Both the position numbers and the translations under genes were made by a program. Below are positions 62,657 through 64,000 of a DNA stretch of 64,000 nucleotides, in pieces. Position 1 is the stretch's first letter. The number at the start of each line of letters is the position of its first letter. Location of the stretch: positions 109,522-173,521 of the forward strand of contig CALXZK010000001.1 of the NCBI GenBank assembly GCA_944393225.1. Direction: 5' to 3'. The stretch is from an uncultured Alphaproteobacteria bacterium (lineage in GTDB: Bacteria; Pseudomonadota; Alphaproteobacteria; RF32; CAG-239). The notes below the pieces were generated by a model. That model searched no databases. It saw only the letters and a list, made by a program, of their open reading frames with translations, and had not been told where the DNA came from.

Positions 62657-63889
62657 CTAGCCTTGATAAAACATATAGCCAAAGCAAACGGCAGCAATAA
62701 CCCCTGCTAAATCGGCAAGCAAAGCGCATGGCAGAGCATGTCTGACTTTGCTGATTTTGACTGCACCGAAATAAACAGCCAAGACATAAAATGTGGTTTC
62801 GGTTGATCCTTGAACAATACAAGAAACGAAAGCCGGAAAGCTATCTGCGCCATAAGTTTGCATGGTTTCAATCATCATGGCACGTGCCCCGCTTCCTGAT
62901 AATGGTTTGAGCAATGCGGTGGGCAAAGCAGCCACAAAATCCGTATCCAAGCCGCAAAAAGCAAAGAATTTTTCAAAGCCAAGCACAATCAAATCCAACA
63001 CGCCGGAACTTCTTAAAACAGCAATGGCCACCAACATTGCCACGAGATACGGCACAATGCGAATGGCTATATCAAAACCTTCTTTGGCACCTTGGATAAA
63101 GGTTTCATAAACATTAAGTTTTTTCAACACACCGGCACAAATAAAGAGAATAATAAAGCCAAACAAAATGGCATTACCCCATTCAGCTGAAGCTTTCAAC
63201 CGCACGTCAGAAGGAAGAGATGTGAAATACCAAGCCACGCCGCCAATCAGCAAAGCAAAAGTTGCCATATACCCCAAGACAACGCGGTTAAAAATATTGA
63301 GTTTTTGCACAAAAGCCACACTCAAAAAGCCAACTAAAGTGGAAATTGAGGTGGCAAACAAAATCGGCATAAAGACTGCCGCCGGATTGGCGCTACCGAG
63401 CTCGGCACGATACATTAGAATGGTAATCGGAATCAAAGTAACGGCTGAGGCATTAATCACCATGAATAAAATCTGGGCATTTGAAGCTTCATCTTTTTTC
63501 TTGTTTAACTCTTGCAGTTGTTCCATTGCCTTTAAGCCCATTGGTGTGGCGGCATTATCCAAGCCCAAAACATTGGCTGCCATATTCATAATCATTGAGC
63601 CCATAGCCGGATGACCTTTGGGTACTTCGGGCATAATTTTGCAAAAAAGCGGCTCTAAAATCTTGGCTAAAACATTGGTTAAGCCTGATTGTTCGGCAAT
63701 TTTTAGCAATCCCAACCATAAGCACAAGATGCCGGTTAAGTTTAAAGAAATGCTGAATGCGGTTTTGGAAGAAGTAAAAATATCGCCGACGATATTGCTC
63801 CAAACACCACTCACGCCAAAATACAAACTTTGAATAATGGCGGCAATAAAACCTAAAATAAAAAAAGAAACCCAGATAATATTCAGCAT
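62657..63889 (-). CDS. nucleoside-recognition (Gate) domain membrane protein, fused SpmA/SpmB-like
   Basis: 410 aa and polytopic. SpmA-like N-terminus MLNIIWVSFFILGFIAAIIQ. Two Gate-domain halves. AAGGAG RBS. Confidence 0.7.
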   Translation of the reverse strand: MLNIIWVSFFILGFIAAIIQSLYFGVSGVWSNIVGDIFTSSKTAFSISLNLTGILCLWLGLLKIAEQSGLTNVLAKILEPLFCKIMPEVPKGHPAMGSMIMNMAANVLGLDNAATPMGLKAMEQLQELNKKKDEASNAQILFMVINASAVTLIPITILMYRAELGSANPAAVFMPILFATSISTLVGFLSVAFVQKLNIFNRVVLGYMATFALLIGGVAWYFTSLPSDVRLKASAEWGNAILFGFIILFICAGVLKKLNVYETFIQGAKEGFDIAIRIVPYLVAMLVAIAVLRSSGVLDLIVLGFEKFFAFCGLDTDFVAALPTALLKPLSGSGARAMMIETMQTYGADSFPAFVSCIVQGSTETTFYVLAVYFGAVKISKVRHALPCALLADLAGVIAAVCFGYMFYQG

Positions 63890-63988
63890 TTTTTTTCTCC
63901 TTAATCCCCTTTTATTTTATTTTTTTTAATAAATCTTAAAGATTCAAACAGTTATGATGCAACTATAAATTTTTTTAGGAGCTTTGTT

Positions 63989-64000
63989 ATGGATAATTAT
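63989..64000 (+). CDS. 5' end of an unidentified CDS running off the right edge
   Basis: ATG at 63989 is preceded by AGGAG with a 7-nt spacer. Only 4 codons (MDNY) are visible. Confidence 0.3.

Overview
This is a visibly AT-rich, densely coding chromosomal segment from a flagellated Gram-negative bacterium. It is most likely an alphaproteobacterium, because it carries the FlaF and FlbT flagellin regulators, three tandem flagellins and FlgE. HydF ([FeFe]-hydrogenase maturase), a Bat aerotolerance-type cluster and a secreted Sel1-repeat protein suggest an anaerobic or host-associated lifestyle. The backbone is housekeeping: thrS, ileS (type 2), tyrS, accB-accC, alr, dtd, anmK, tatD-tcdA, an ABC-F ATPase, an MsbA-like exporter, MlaA/MlaC and tRNA-Phe. 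I saw no CRISPR array, rRNA, transposase or integrase. Six things deserve a second look. (1) Two adjacent giant orphan proteins (623 and 1155 aa) have internal hydrophobic hairpins, acidic low-complexity arms and in-frame tandem repeats. (2) A 598-aa orphan beside the flagellins contains a RelA/SpoT-like (beta-polymerase-fold nucleotidyltransferase) motif string and appears co-transcribed with the Sel1 protein. (3) A 618-bp ORF-free gap has a stable-RNA-like promoter nearly identical to the tRNA-Phe promoter, GNRA-capped hairpins and strong terminators, which suggests one or two unannotated RNAs. (4) A GC-rich 170-nt insert after tRNA-Phe is bracketed by direct and inverted copies of the tRNA 3' half, and is followed by a three-gene orphan islet. 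(5) The three flagellin paralogues show signs of concerted evolution and share a duplicated leader. (6) An envelope gene neighbourhood contains two Lpo-like proteins with long disordered linkers. All functional calls come from motif recognition by eye. No database search was run.
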